This document shows, in pieces, positions 39,096-53,881 of a DNA stretch of 64,000 bases. Both the position numbers and the translations under genes were made by a program. The notes under the pieces were generated by a model. It was not told where the DNA came from, made no database searches, and saw only the letters and a program-made list of their open reading frames with translations. The stretch comes from Adineta vaga (Eukaryota; Animalia; Rotifera), in the NCBI GenBank assembly GCA_021613535.1, contig CP075494.1, forward strand, positions 15,314,001-15,378,000, given 5' to 3'. Positions within the stretch are counted from its first letter, which is position 1. Each line of letters begins with the position of its first letter.

Positions 39096-42000
39096 TCAAA
39101 TATTTAAACTCAAGTTCGATCCTTTTTCTTTGGATTTTGTTGGATTTGAAGGTGGAAAAAGCCATGATGTTCGTTCAATTGATTGTGTTGTTTGTAATAA
39201 AGATAAATCTTTTGAACAAAGATAAATTTGTCCACCAAAATGAACCAAACGTTTTTGAATATCATATGCTGTTAGTTGATCTTCAATCATATATTCTCGT
39301 CCATTTGAATGCATCCAAATGAAATTCAATGAGGAATCTAATTTTTGAATGTTTTCTTGTTGTTGTTTGAGAATCATTTGTAAAATTTCATTTAATTTCG
39401 TCATTTTATTCAATCGAATGGTTACTGGAATCAATGTATTCGATGTTAATAATGATACATAAAATGTTAATTCAATTGAATGTTCTTCAATATCAATAAA
39501 TCCACTATCACTTTTTTCAATCGAATAGGTTTGTTCAATTTTTATTGAATGATGATTTGTTGATGATTGAAATGATTTCAATGAAATTCCCGAATAGGTT
39601 TTATCTTTGGCACAATTAATAACATGTACAAGCCATCGAGATAAACGCCAAATATCATCAAGATCTTGTTGACAAGCAAGTAAATGATTAAGACGATAAC
39701 GACTTTCATCTAATTCATTCATTGAAAATGCTTCACGTTGACTTTGTTGCGCACAGATTAATTCAAAATCCAAACAAATCGATACACGACTATATTGACA
39801 GATAAAACGATAATTATTACTCAAATGTTGCACTAAAATTAAGAATAAAACTAAAGATTTCAATCATCAGAATTAAATCGATACATACAAATTTCAAATA
39901 TATAAACAGGTAGATAAATAAATGATGTCAATGAATGATTAGATGGAGTTGAAAGAATATTAACTTCATCGGCAGTTGACATTAGAATAATTAAAGATAA
40001 ATCATCACGAATTTCTACAACTTGTGAATTATAAATTCGACTGTTGGAAAAATGAATTTCCGGAAGATCTAAATCAATGAATATTAATAAAGAATTCTCT
40101 TGTTTCGAAACTATTTCTCTTACTAAGCATGACAAATAATTCTTTCGCTGCATTACGAAATTGATTTTTGAATGATTCTAAACTATTTTCAGATGTTTCA
40201 TCATCCGTTGAACTTTCGTGATTATTATGTAACCATTCCCATTCTTCTCTACAAATCAAATTATTCTTTTCGAAATAAGAAAATATCAATAAACCTTCGA
40301 AATTACCTGGAAACATTGGCAATTGAACGAATTTTTGTACAAGGTAATGAGCCAGGCATATATTTATTGACCATAACACGAAGAGAATCGACACTATTCT
40401 GCATTTTTAAATAAGCAACATATAAACCCGAATCCAAACGACGCATTGATGCATGATAAAATTCAATCATATCCTTTAAACAGAAGATTTTATACAAGAA
40501 AAAAAAGAGAAATTTTCATTTCATACGGGAAGTTTTTCTGTTATTTGTTGAAGACATGAATTATTCGACGAATCTTTAATTGTTTCAAAGAATTTTGTCA
40601 TTGTTACCCATTTTAAATTTGATGAACAAATATTTACACGTGTATCGGATGTTAAATCATTGATAAGTACAAATGCAACATTTCCATCGTTATCACGAAT
40701 AAATGTATGATGAAGACGACCAAGATTATTGATTTCCTCTAATGTCTAAATAGAGGAAAATATCGTTTTAAGAATACGAAGATCAATTTATATCTTACTT
40801 GAAGTTCAATCGCTGCTTGAACAAGTTTAATTCGAAGGTAAAATGATGTTACACTTGAACATCGTTGTAGATCAGGCCTTAGATTCTTTAAATCATCCCA
40901 AACGAATGTTAATTTCATGAACCATTGAAAATCTGCTAATAAATTATGACCATAATTTTCATCGACTTCAACCATGGGTAATACGTCTTCATTGGTAACT
41001 AAAATTCGTTCACCATTTAACATTACGGAGACTAAATAAAGACCTCTGAAAAAGAGAAAAAGAACAGAAAGAAAAGCTTGTAAAGAGTTTTGATGAAATC
41101 AAATGGTTACCGTTTCATTGATCGTGCTAATCGAGGATAGAATTGAAATAGTTGACGAATATTTTTACGAAGTGTTCCATAACTTCGACGGCGATTTCTC
41201 ATATTTGATGTTTCATTTGATTCTATTGAAAAAGATCAATTATCATTATTTATGAAATTATCGACTATTACTCACCATTTCCGTCTCTATCAATGAGAAT
41301 TTTGTTCAGTATTTCTTCAAAACGTAAATCACAAATATTCGTTCGTGAAGTTTTCGAAAATTCTCGCCAATCTAAACAATTTCAATTCGATAATTTCATT
41401 GATAAAATCTTCTTCAACATACTTGATGGTACACAATACGGTGGATTTGCTAGAACCGTTTGACCAAAACCTTTTAAATTTCCTGCTGATACTCTTACAA
41501 AACATCGTTGTCCAACCGGTAAATTTCGAATAATATATTCTCGTAGAAAACAATTTTTAATAATATCAAACATAACATCGGTAAAATCTTCATCAAAACT
41601 CCATTCAACTAATTCAAATAGAAAATGCAATCACCCTTTTTCAATCAAATCATGCTTTACTTTTATATTTAACAACCATAACTCCATTCGATCGAAGTGG
41701 TTCATCAAATGTTACTGTTATATTATCCGAACCTGTAACCATTAATCGAACATTTGTTGGTGCATCCGGTATACCTAAAAACAAAGAGCAGAAGAATATC
41801 TTGTCATGCGATTCTGTATCTTCCTTGTACTTACGTCTTTGATAATTGAACTCAAGAGGAGATTTTTCTTCGGATTTAATAAGAAATCTCAAAGCATTTT
41901 TAACAACTATCACTGTAGATCGGAACTTTTGTTTTCCATTCATCGTACTTATTCTGATAGAAATGACTTCAAGTAAGTTATTCAATACCTGGAAAGTTTT

Positions 42001-45000
42001 CTAGTTTGATTTCGGTCGGATAGAGGAAAAAGGAAAATATCATCTCGTTTAATATGTCACGTAACTAATTATCTTCGATAGAATTGATGAAAATCAAAAA
42101 CAGGAAGAAAGAAAACGACGTCATTTCTTCTCATGTGATTTCTACCTGCTTGTTCATAGTTTTCTTTCATTTGTAATAACATTAATGAACGTTGTTGATT
42201 TATTTGTTGCTGTTGACTTTTACTTGGACGACGATGACGATGTTGCTTATCAAATGATGGAGATAAACGACGCAACTAAAATAAAGATGTTCTCCTATGT
42301 AAATATCACAAACGATCTTCAATGACGTCGATGTGACTATCGATTAGATTTCCAAACGTGTCTCGAGTAAAAAATATCGACCTTTCATTTGTACTTTTTT
42401 CAAAGTACGTATTTGAAATCCCTCGATTTGATGTTAATAATGGAAAGAATAACTCACACTGTAAGACCTTGACTATTGTCAACGACCTGTCATTCAGAAT
42501 GTCAAATTTTACCGAAAAGACCTTGTCTTAGTTTATTCGGTTCGATAGTGCAAATTCCAATTAATTTTAATAGGAACAACTTGTTTTAGATCAAATCTTA
42601 CCGATGCATCATCTGGTGTTAATCTATTCGATGAAGATTTCTTGATTAATTCATTGGAAGTTTGTTCAACAAGCATTGAAATTTGTTGACAAACACTTTG
42701 ATATCGAACTTCTTCCGGTTGAACTTCAAACAATGCGTTTTTTTTTCTTTATGTTATTCTCATCAAAAGAAAACTATTCAACATACTTCTTAAACTTTCT
42801 CTGGCGCCATAATGTATTAAAAGTCGGATCATTGAAATATTGTTTAACATGATAGCTATATCCAATGGACACCAATCATATTCGTTGTATCTTTAATCAA
42901 AAAAACAAAAGTTTTATATGGATAAGAAGAAAAATATTCACATACGAATTAATGAGATTTCCATTTGTTTGAATCAAATGTTTCGTTCCCAGAAAATCTG
43001 AATCTTCTACAGTTTGAAAAATACCTTGGAAGAAAATTTCGAATTAGTTTAACGAAATTTCTTCGGATGACAAACGATTTACTTTCTGCTGCAATTTTGT
43101 TATTTGAAGTATGTACGGATGTAATTTTCAATGTATTTCCATTGGGATTATTTTTCATATCGACAAGTTTATTGATCGAAATACTTCCTGTTGTATTTCG
43201 TCGTTTAGATAAATATGCATTCAAATCGGATTGTTGACTTTTCGACAGCGTTTTATTAGATACGGGTAAAAGAAATGTTTCGCCATTTTGAGAAGAATTA
43301 TGTTTCGGATTAGGAGATGATGATAAAGTAATGCAAGAATGTTTATGACTTGCCGTACTCGTTCGTCGTCGATTACTAATTCGAAAAGAAGAAAAAAAAG
43401 TCATTTCATTGAATAGAAATCAATACTAATAAACAATTGTTCATTATCCTCAAGGAAATCTTTATCGATGAACTTTATCTTCAATCAGTCTGAAATAATA
43501 AGTCCTTGTGATTGTATATATTTTTTTGTGGAACTCAAAGTAAGTGAACGTTACAGATGAGGTCTCATTACCAATAGGCTAACATCGCATGTGAGTTCTA
43601 CATTTCAATCGCTGAAGAGCTGTGCAATGCTTACGGTGATGTTTCATAGGTTGCTGGTGTTGTTGTATTATCGTCAGACTAGAATAAGAAATGAATATAA
43701 ATGTTAGAAGAATTATTTCTATACCGAAATTCCAATTGTATAAGGTCGAGTTTTCGTACTAAATTGTTTGAAAAGTAGTTTTTGAATAAGATTAGGACTA
43801 CATGATGGTATGATTGATCGATGTTCATCTAGAATAAGAATTGAAAAGAAGATTTGTTCGATTTTGTAATTCAATTTTACCTTTACTTCCCATTGAATTC
43901 GTCGGTGATAATTCGAATTTGACAAGAGATAATCGTCGAGTATATCGATTCTTTATTTTATTCATTGATGTTAATTTTGGTGGAATAATTGTATTTTCAT
44001 TTAATTCATTTTCATCTGATGGAATATCGTAGGTTGTCGAACGTCGAAAATGACGTCTAAAGAAAAAATTCGATCTTTTAACTTTGTCATAGCATCATGA
44101 CCTATTGGCAAATCTTCTATCAATACGATATAAACGTATTTATTCGATCGAAATCAATCAAAGAAACATTAGAAGTAATTAATAAGAAAGATAAAAATAT
44201 CTCTTAAAGGTTATCATGGCAAAAAGATTTGTTCAAACATATGGAGAAAGGAAACATAAAAATAATTACTTCCCTTTGCTCTGACGTCGAGAAAAAATAT
44301 TATCCAAAGATGATTATTATTATTATTATTATTATTACTAGAGGATGTGAAAACGGCATTTCATCTGGAGATTAATAATTTCTTTCTATTTTTACTCAAA
44401 CGATTAGATTTTCTATAAATAGATATCGAAACTTCCGTATTATAAGATCTCAATTTATTCATTGATTCGAAAAGTTCAATCGCAATAAGTAATCGAGCGG
44501 TGAGAGTTCATGATGTTTTTTTCTCAAACTAATTGCTCACTTATCATGTGTTTTTTTCGTGATGTTAATCTTCATTAGATAGATGTAACAAATTGATGGC
44601 TAACAGGCGAATGTCATTAGATCTTATATTTTTCTTCGAATATCAGTGATAAAAAATGTATTAATTCGATCGAAGTCTGTCCAATGTTTGATCACGAAGG
44701 ACAAGCACTAGAACAACAATAACAATCGATCAGTTATCTTCTTCAATGTTTATATTAACGGGAAAAAAAACAAGCATGTGTGTATATGTCTATGCATGTG
44801 CTTTATTAAAATCAACCATCGTTCTTTTCTCATTAGTTAGACGATCTCGATTTCCAAAATATTGTTTGTCTTTTTGGATGAAATGTCAATATCTACACTT
44901 GTATCAAAATCAATGTCATTTGGATTTTCATCATAGACGAAGAGAAAATTCAGCTAAGATGTACGGCAACTTGTACTAATAATTCAAGGTTTTCTTCATC

Positions 45001-45519
45001 GTATCAAGGCAATCTATAATCTTAATCATCAATTGCGTCATCTTAGAAGACAGACAAGCAGTCAGACAAACAAATGGCTTCATGCCATTTCATCAATACA
45101 TCAAGGGATTTATTGTAACATGTGCATAAACAAATAAAAGTCAAATGGCTAGACTTATCATCAAGGATATAAAATCTACCTACATAATTAACTGATTTGT
45201 AGTTATTATTAACTAACCTTTTATAATTTGTATTTGTTGGTGTAATTCGTGTCGTAAGAGGATTCTTTCCTCGAATACTATCACGTACATGTCGAAAATC
45301 ATTGTAACCAACTTGACAATCGCCAATTTCTCCGAATGATGCACGTTTTTTCATTTTAAATTTCTGTGAAGTTTTCGTTGACGAACATGATGTTGATGAG
45401 GAATGTCGTTGTAATAATTGCTGTTGATCTTCAATAATTATCGGTGTTTGAACTGAACGATATTTCAAATGTTCTTGCCACCAACGAAAAAGTTTAAGCC
45501 AATTATCTGTTGAAGACAT
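39096..45519 (-). CDS. ANKFN1: Ankyrin repeat and fibronectin type III domain protein (wide awake/banderuola family); 5' end uncertain
   Basis: Ankyrin segment (PLDIAIMLNN..LLIHYGA), FN3 (IPDAPTNVRLMVTG..VTFDEP, VRVSAGNLKGFG), DFQWFMKL and GLYVAYLK...VSREEWEWL. Confidence 0.8.
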
Positions 45520-47513
45520 TTGTTCTAAAATGATAAAGAAAAGAAAGAATAATATTCTCCTGTTATTTGTCATCATCATTGAGAGAGAGAAAGAGAGAGA
45601 GAGAGACTAGAAGTAATCAATAGTGATGACATATAAGAAACAGTTCAATAATTGCTACTCGTTGTTTCGACACACGCCGAGGGAAAAGAAATCAGTTAGA
45701 GACGAACGACTAGGATAGTTTATTTATGAAATGAACATACAAGTCCGTTGTTGAATAATTTATTTCTTTTTAGGAAGAGAGCGAAAGAGAAAGAGAGAGA
45801 GAGCGAGAACGAAAGAAATGCGAAGAAGAAATGGCACGAACTATCTTTTAATATTTCCTTTTATACTTTGTCATTAAGAATATGTGGGTAGCTGATTTCA
45901 TAGGGAGAGAAAGTTTCTAATTGTATCCTTAAAGACAATTTACCAGAGATGATGATATTCACTATAATTATATCTCATTTAATCGAAATAGAAACATGAA
46001 ATTGCCCTTCATCATGATGATGATGATGTACATATTGAGATATGGTGAATGAGAACATAAAAGATAATAAACGGTTCAAGATAAGAAAACGCGAAAGAGG
46101 CGTCAACCTTTGCTTTGACTTCTATTGAATAATTATCTAGTGTATTCGTCAAGAGAACAGATGGATATAGTGTTAATTGTGCCAATAAATAACATTGCCG
46201 AGAAAGTCGAGATCAAGGACAATGAATGCAAGATGAAGAAAGAGAAAGAGTATTCATATGTATTAGGTAATATCTATCTTAAGATATCTCGATAATTTCT
46301 ATGAAGAATCTAATCAGATAGACAAAGATCAATTGTCTATGATATGATATACTTTACTTGATTACCTATAACTTCGATGATCAGAGTATATTATGTCAAG
46401 GATATAAGAGACAAGAATCAATTAAATCCTACTCATAGGGTTATAATCGAGACATTTTTGATTAGTTCCAGACGTTTTTAATGAATTCTTTTCTCCGATT
46501 AGATTAAGCTTTCAAGTTCGTCTAGATATATCTTCTTGAAAAAGTATGTCTTCATCTCAATGATCGTTTACAGATGATAACAAAACTACTAATCATGTCT
46601 AGAATTACAAGTCAATTGATATGAAATCCTTACCGACCTTGCTTTATATCCCTAGTCATTGAATTCCATTAGATATTTATCGAATAGAAATGACTTACGT
46701 GCGTTAATCGTTGATTTTATTTGCTATTTAACAACCATATTGTGTTCATATATCAATCAAAATTTATTAGATTAATATATTCATCAGGTTCAAGTGAAGA
46801 GAAAAAGTAATGGACGTCAGAATGAAATCGTTCTCAGTTAATAACTGTTAATCATTTGTTATTCCGTTGGAATAATTATTTTCCTCGATGTTCGTGTGTT
46901 CGATTAATTATGATAGCGAGTTGTTAAGTTCGTTGTTTTGAAGTAGAATTAGTTATAAATATCAAGGACTAAGTTATGTTCGATGTTACCAAATAAATAG
47001 AAAAATAAAAAAATAACTTCTGTTCTGGATGTTGGATGATAAGATGTTTTCATCTTTTTCTCTGTCAATTGGATCTAATTGATTTTTGTTCTTTATGAAA
47101 AGAAAAAACCTCATTAACAATCATGCATAACTAAACTTATTTTCCAAATGCAAAATGATGAGCTGAAAGCAAATTTGTTTTTATTGATATTGTTCTTTCG
47201 TGTATATTTGTTAACAAGACAGGTAAACAAAAAAAAGAAGAAAAGTTTTTTTTCTCGGGCGCTTTTTTTTCTATACCGAGTTTCATACACGAAGAACTCA
47301 AACATATATGAAAATGAGAGACAAACAAAAGAAAAGAAGAAGAAGAAGAAAACTACACAACAATCATGTAGATAAACAAAAAAGAAGAACGAATATGTCG
47401 ATCAATTTCAAGAAATGAGAAAGACATGAAACGTTACACACAAGAAAGAAAAACAAACGTCGTCCATGTGTGATGATAATCAACGGATGATAATGGTATA
47501 TATATATATATAT

Positions 47514-48224
47514 TTACTCTCTTGATTCTTCATCACCTTCTTCATCATCATCATCCTCAATAACATCTTTGGATTCATCATCATCACCACCGGCTTCTCC
47601 ATCACTTACACCTGAAAAACATATTCATAGAATGAAAGAAAAAAAACAACTAATTATTACCATCGCCACTTTCTCCTTCACTCACATCACCTTGTTCTTT
47701 AAAATCTAAATCATTAATTTAATTAACGTATTTTCTTCGTCAAAAACAAGTAAACAAACAAACCATCATCTTCATCAGAATTATCGTCATCATCATCTTC
47801 TTCAAAATCTTCTTCATCAGGATCACCTAAATAATAAAAACAAAACATGAAATTTCGACTTTTGATTTTTCCAATCGGATTTGCATACCACTAGCAGCAG
47901 CTGCATTCGTTGATGTCGCTTTTCCATTTCGTTTCGTTGATCCTTTGGTATGAACTTCAACACTATTGGAATCTTCTTCATTATAATCTTCCCGTGACTC
48001 ATCATCATCCTCATCATTACGTGATGATTTATTTTTTGTTGTTGAGGTTGCTGCTTTCACCGGGGTGGATTTTTTCTTCGAACTGGCTGTTGTTGTTTCA
48101 GCATCTCCATTCGATTCATCATCTTCATCATGCGTTCGCTAGAATTTTATAGATTAAGGACAAGTTCTATATTTATATCGAAATTTCTTACCTTTTTGCC
48201 TTTAGTTTCAGTTTCAGTCGACAT
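47514..48224 (-). CDS. Small, highly acidic low-complexity (disordered) protein, 5 exons
   Basis: MSTETETKGKK|RTHDEDDESNGDAETTTASSKKKSTPVK..NDEDDDESREDYNEED..|DPDEEDFEEDDDDDNSDEDD..EEGDEESRE*, with consistent GT-AG introns. Confidence 0.7.
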
Positions 48225-48766
48225 TTTTATTCCTCTTTTCGAATAGTAAGAATCTATTGGACAGGAAGGAGAAGAAAAGAACGACGATTGATGATACTCG
48301 AAAATCTAATAAAAAAAAGGCAGACACGAAGAATAAAAACAATGCGGTTTCGAGGTTGTGCTTCTATCGTTATTTTCGTTCGAAAAGTAACTGAGTGTGT
48401 ATGGACGATTTGAGAAAGAACGATGAAATACGTCAAAACAAAGAATCACTCTTTTTCTTTGCATTCCATGCGATTTGATTGGTTCGACGGCATAGTAGAA
48501 TTTTCATTAGACGGCCTTCGCAATGATTTTTCGAAACATTCTTTCTTCATTTCATTTTCTAATCAAAGAATTTCATGATAATTAATACACTAAAATCGAT
48601 TAAGATTAACTACATTAAGTTTCACTTAAGCGACATCTATTGGTTGTTTTTCTTGAAATTATTCTTCATTGGTTCGAATCAGAAAATCAACCTATACCAT
48701 TGCATTCATTTGTTAGTAGTTATTACTTAAGATTTTTCAGATAATTCTTAATTGAAATCATCTGTC
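48225..48766. promoter_or_regulatory. Putative bidirectional promoter with several CCAAT boxes
   Basis: Head-to-head genes with ATGs 542 bp apart. ATTGG motifs occur near 48256, 48478, 48639 and 48668. Confidence 0.4.
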
Positions 48767-50739
48767 ATGTCGATTGACTCCATTCTTGAACAACAACGTC
48801 GTTATCATGAAGAACGTGAACGATTAATGGATACAATGACAAAAGAAATGTTACGAAAAAAAGCCACAGTAAGTTAGTTGATATATTCCTCATAAATTGA
48901 TCAAACAACATCGAACTTTTCTTTTCAGCATCGTGAACAAATCAATTCTGAACATATGGTAAAATTATTACTTGATGTAAGTAAAAAGAAAATGTTTTTT
49001 TATTGAAAAATTTTCTTTATGAAAATTTTTTTTCAGCGTTATGCAGAAACATCCGCTCGTTTGAAAGAAAGTTATGATGATAAAGATGGGTAAGTTTGTT
49101 ATGAAAATAATGTTAAATATGATTTATCTTTTATTTGCATAGATCACGTAAGAAAGAAATCGAAGCTCTGTCTGGTCCAAATGAATTCACGGAATACTAT
49201 ACTCGATTGAAAAATATTCGTCAATATTATCCAAAGAATTCTTCGGAAGAGGTTTGTTAAAATATGAAAACTTGAAATTGAATGATTTTCATTTACTTTC
49301 AGATTGCTATTCCAATGTCAATCGAATATGAACAATTTATGAAACAATTACAAGAAACAGAAGATGGTGAACCGTTAGGTAAGATGAAAATTATTTCGAT
49401 AAAATCTTTCCTTATTTGAGAATTTTTGCTTTTAGCATTGGCAAATTTTACTGATGAAGAAGGTTATGGACGTTTTCTTGATTTACATCTTTGTTATGAA
49501 ACTTATTTAAATATCAAAGGATTAGAAAAATTAGATTATTTAACATATTTACAAAAATTCGATCGACTATTCGAAATTCCCAAAGATCGAAAAACTCATG
49601 AATATCGACAATATTTGTTCGAACATTTATTTCCTTATCTGTTAGATTTTCTTAAACGTTGTAAACCATTAATTAATATTGATAAAGATTTAACGCATAT
49701 TAGACAAGAATTTGAATTAAAATGGGATCAAGGAATCTTTCCTGGATGGCCAAAAGAAACTGGAGGAGCATTGACGAAAGGTGGTGCACCTTTAGATCTT
49801 AGTGGATTTTCATCATGGGAGGTAAGATCGAGTTGAAATATGAATTGAAACGAAAAACATAAACTTGTTCATGTAGGAATTGGCATCTGTTGGTCTTGAT
49901 CGATTGAAATCTGCTTTATCAGCATTGGGAATGAAATGTGGAGGGTAAAAGACATTTTCGTTCAATTTCTTTTCTAAAATTTGATTCTTTTTAGAACATT
50001 GGAAGAACGTGCGAAACGTTTATTTACAACAAAAGATAAATCAGTTGAAGATCTTGATCCATCATTGTTTATGAAAGATGCAAATAAAACCAAACGTGGA
50101 ATGAAAGATACACTTCGTCATAAAGAAATTGCTGGAATGGAAGCACAAATCTATCGTGTCGTTGATTTACTTAGTGAACAACGTGTTGCCACATTAGACA
50201 ACGTTCGTCGTAAACAAGCAAGAGCAGGTGAAACTCATTCCGATGAAGAAGATATCGGTGGTGGTGATGTATCCGATGATGATTCCGATACAGAAGAAAG
50301 TGGTATGATTTATAATCCAAAAAATTTACCAGTTGGTTGGGATGGAAAACCAATTCCTTATTGGCTTTATAAATTACATGGTCTCAACATGTATTTTAAT
50401 TGTGAAATCTGTGGTAATCATACATATCGTGGACCGAAAGCATTTCAACGACATTTTTCTGTAAGTTTCCTTTGATTTCTTCTTCTATCTATAGAACTGA
50501 TTCTTTTGATTTAGGAATGGCGACATGCTCATGGTATGCGTTGTTTAGGTATTCCAAATACGGCACATTTCGCGAATATCACATCGATTGAAGATGCATT
50601 AGGCTTATGGAATAAAATCAAAAGTAATAAAGACGATGAACGATGGAAACCTGAAACAGAAGAAGAATTTGAAGATTCAATGGGAAATGTTGTTAACAAA
50701 CGAACGTATGATGATCTTCGGAAACAAGGTCTTTTATAA
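48767..50739 (+). CDS. SF3A3: Splicing factor 3A subunit 3 (SF3a60/PRP9)
   Basis: [72 protein letters not shown] and [25 protein letters not shown]. Confidence 0.97.
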
Positions 50740-50862
50740 AAAGAAAAAGAACAATATTTGAAAATTTCCTTTGTCCTTTGTTATTGTGTATATTTAAAAC
50801 ACGAAAAATAGAAAAAAATTTATGTGTTATGTGTCAATCAAATTGTCTTATACAAAGAATAT

Positions 50863-51960
50863 TTATTCTTTTTGTTGATTTTTTTGAACGGTCGAAGAAT
50901 TTTTAATTGATCGAATTTCGGCTTTTGCATAAGAGATTGAACGTTCATTAGACGTATGACTAATAGATTTAGTTCCAACAGTTGCATTTGTGATGATATT
51001 TGTTGCTGTTTTGATTTCACTACCTAACTGGTGAACTTTATCTTCGGTGGATAATTTTTGAATTTGTGAAACAAGAGAACCCATTCTTGTTGATGCTTGT
51101 TGTTGTTCTTCATGAAGAATTTTCGTTTTAATTACATTCGCTTGATCATTAACTGTCATGATTTTCAAATGAGATTCTTCAAGAATTTCTTCCCGATAAT
51201 TTTCTAATTGTTTCTGTAAATCAGCTAATTCCTTCGCTTTCATTTCATCTAATTGAGTTATGTAATTTTGTAATAAATTTTGATAAATTTCATTTTGTTC
51301 CGATTGTCGTTCTTTTGCATAGGTTAATAAACGTTGTTGTTTTTCTTGAGTTTCATTTAGAATATGAAAAAGAACATTTTCCGTTTCAGTCGATATTCGA
51401 CTTGTTCGACGTTTTGTTATATCATCTAATTGATTGTGAATTTGATTTAAATTGCTAATTAATTCTGTTATTTTATCGGAAGACGATAAATTTATCGAGG
51501 AATGTGTTTCACTATCAATTGTAGATTCAACACGAGCAGAATCGAATGTTATCGCACTTTTCTTACTCGATGTTTTGTTCAATGTTTCATTTTGATGATG
51601 TTCGAGTTTCGTAGATGATGATTTAGATTTTGATTGAAAAGTTGATGATAACTATGAAATACAGACGATGAGAATTACTCGAATTTCAATTTGTTTTTAT
51701 TTTTCTTCATTTACCTGAGCATCTTGATCCCATATTTGTGAATAATCTTCAACATTGGTTTCGATTTCGAATATATCATCATGTAACGAAATTGGCCGTC
51801 GTTTGGGTAATTGTGGTGTACGGACGAACAATGGATCATGTGATTTGGATGGAATTGATGATGATCGTCGTCGTACAGATGGAATTTCTGTTTGTATGGG
51901 TGAAGTTTGATTAGCTCGATGAATTCTCTTTGTTTTCGAACAACTTGAACTTGAACCCAT
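50863..51960 (-). CDS. Putatively N-myristoylated disordered/coiled-coil protein, 2 exons
   Basis: MGSSSSC start. A phase-0 intron (51714-51652) joins the two ORFs in frame. Long Q/E/K-rich helical C-terminal region. Confidence 0.75.
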
Positions 51961-52324
51961 GAGATAATATCGTTATACCAACGACTCTACAAGAAACATT
52001 TTGATGTTATATAAAAATTTCTTCTTACGGAAGCATAAGAATCGTACATTCATTTTTTCCCATTTTGTAAAAAGAGAAAAAAAAAGGTGAAAGCTTTTAT
52101 AACTGTTCCTGTTGATTGAATAATATAACCTTAGTACATATTATTACATGATTGATTCACAGAGGAAATGAATACAACCTTCAAAACTAATGTTTTCCTC
52201 TAAGAAATTAATCTTACATGAAATTCTCATGGCGCATAAAATTCAATTTTTTCCCTTTTGAAAAAAAAACTTGAAATTTGCTAAATTTTGTGTTTTTTTC
52301 TTTTAATCGATCATGTCTTTCTAA

Positions 52325-53740
52325 ATGTCTTCTCCTCGCTCTACACCATTGATACTTGTTCGTCCGTTTCGTGTTCGTCTATCAATATTAGATCTTCGAA
52401 CAAGTCAATCATCAAATACAAATGAAACATCAATAATTAATCTTCCATCACATCGATCGAATCCAACAAATCCTCTTACACTTAAATTGAATGAATTTCT
52501 TCTTGAACAGAATCAATCATCAACGAATTCTAATCGAGATATTCATGATCGAGATATAATTCAACGATTTCTTCAAGCTAATAATGAACTTGAAGCACGA
52601 AAAATCTTATCACAAATGTGGAAAGAATCACGTTTTTGTGATTTAATGCTTGTTGTTGATGGAAGTGAATATCTTGCACATCGAATTGTTTTAGGTAATG
52701 GACAAAATATTTTCCATACGGAAAATCTTTCTTAAACAAATCTTCTTTTACAGCGGCATTTAGTCCAAAATATCGGTAGATTATTTTTCAACAAAAATCT
52801 TCTTGAAATTCTTCTCTTAGAAATTTTTTTCGTGAACGTCGAACCGATTTTGTTACACGAACTCATCTTCGACAAACATCACATAAAGGTCTTCAATTAG
52901 TTTTGAATTTTCTCTATACTGGTACAAAAATTTTCTTTTCCGACTATCAGATTCAACAATAAAATCTTATTCTAGGTGAATTAACATTAACATTTCGAAA
53001 TATAAATGACGTTTTAATTTGTGCGAAAGAACTTGATATTGGAAAAATATTCGAAATATCTGAAGAATTTTTGTCAACCTTTGAAAAACGTCATGTTTTT
53101 CGTGTTTTGGAATTATCACGACGTTACGGAATGAAAAGAGCTTTTTATCAATCGCATTATTATCTCTCCAAGAATTTTAATCAATGTATTACCATGAAAA
53201 CATTTCTTCAATTACCATATACAACAATTGGAAATATTCTAGCCGATGAAACAATTCAAAATCGAGATGAAACCATTGTTTTAAGTCGAATTTTAAATTG
53301 GATAACAGCAAATCATGTAGAAAATAATCAAATTATTATGCATTTATTTAAAAAAATTCGTTGGAATAAATTAGATTATGAACAACAAAGAGAATGGTTA
53401 ACTGCAAGTCATGAATTAGCAGAAAATACCAAATTAACATTGTTTATCAAAGAACAAATGATGTATGTATCCGTTTAGATACTGAATTTTTGTATAATGT
53501 CAAGTGTCAATGAGAGTCGTTTAAAAGTGAAATCTTGATTTCGGTGGATTCAGATGATCCATCCCTGAAAACATTTCATAAAAAACCAAAATCACGAAAA
53601 TTGGTTTGTATGATTATAGTCTTGCTTATGATAAATGCAAACGTCGTTCAAGTTCTACATCGAAAGCAATTGAACAACAAAAATTAAGTTTGCATAGTTC
53701 TGTTAATCGTTCAACAACTCGTGATCGACATCATTCTTAA
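52325..53740 (+). CDS. BTB-BACK domain protein without evident kelch repeats; 3' end uncertain
   Basis: FCDLMLVVDGSEYLAHRIVLAAFS, LVLNFLYTGEL and the BACK-like FLQLP..IL..DE..VL..ILNWI. Confidence 0.8.
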
Positions 53741-53881
53741 CATAAATTGACTAAATTTTTCATTTCAATCGTTATGTTTAATTTATTTATAAAAAAAAAG
53801 AAGGAAGTTTTTCGTTTTCATAAATTTTAATCTGAATATGAATAGACACAAAAATAAATATACGTAAAGAAGATTTGTGAT

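Noticed and set aside
45580-45810. (GA)n tracts and other microsatellites
   Set aside because: Ordinary low-complexity sequence with no specific evidence of function.
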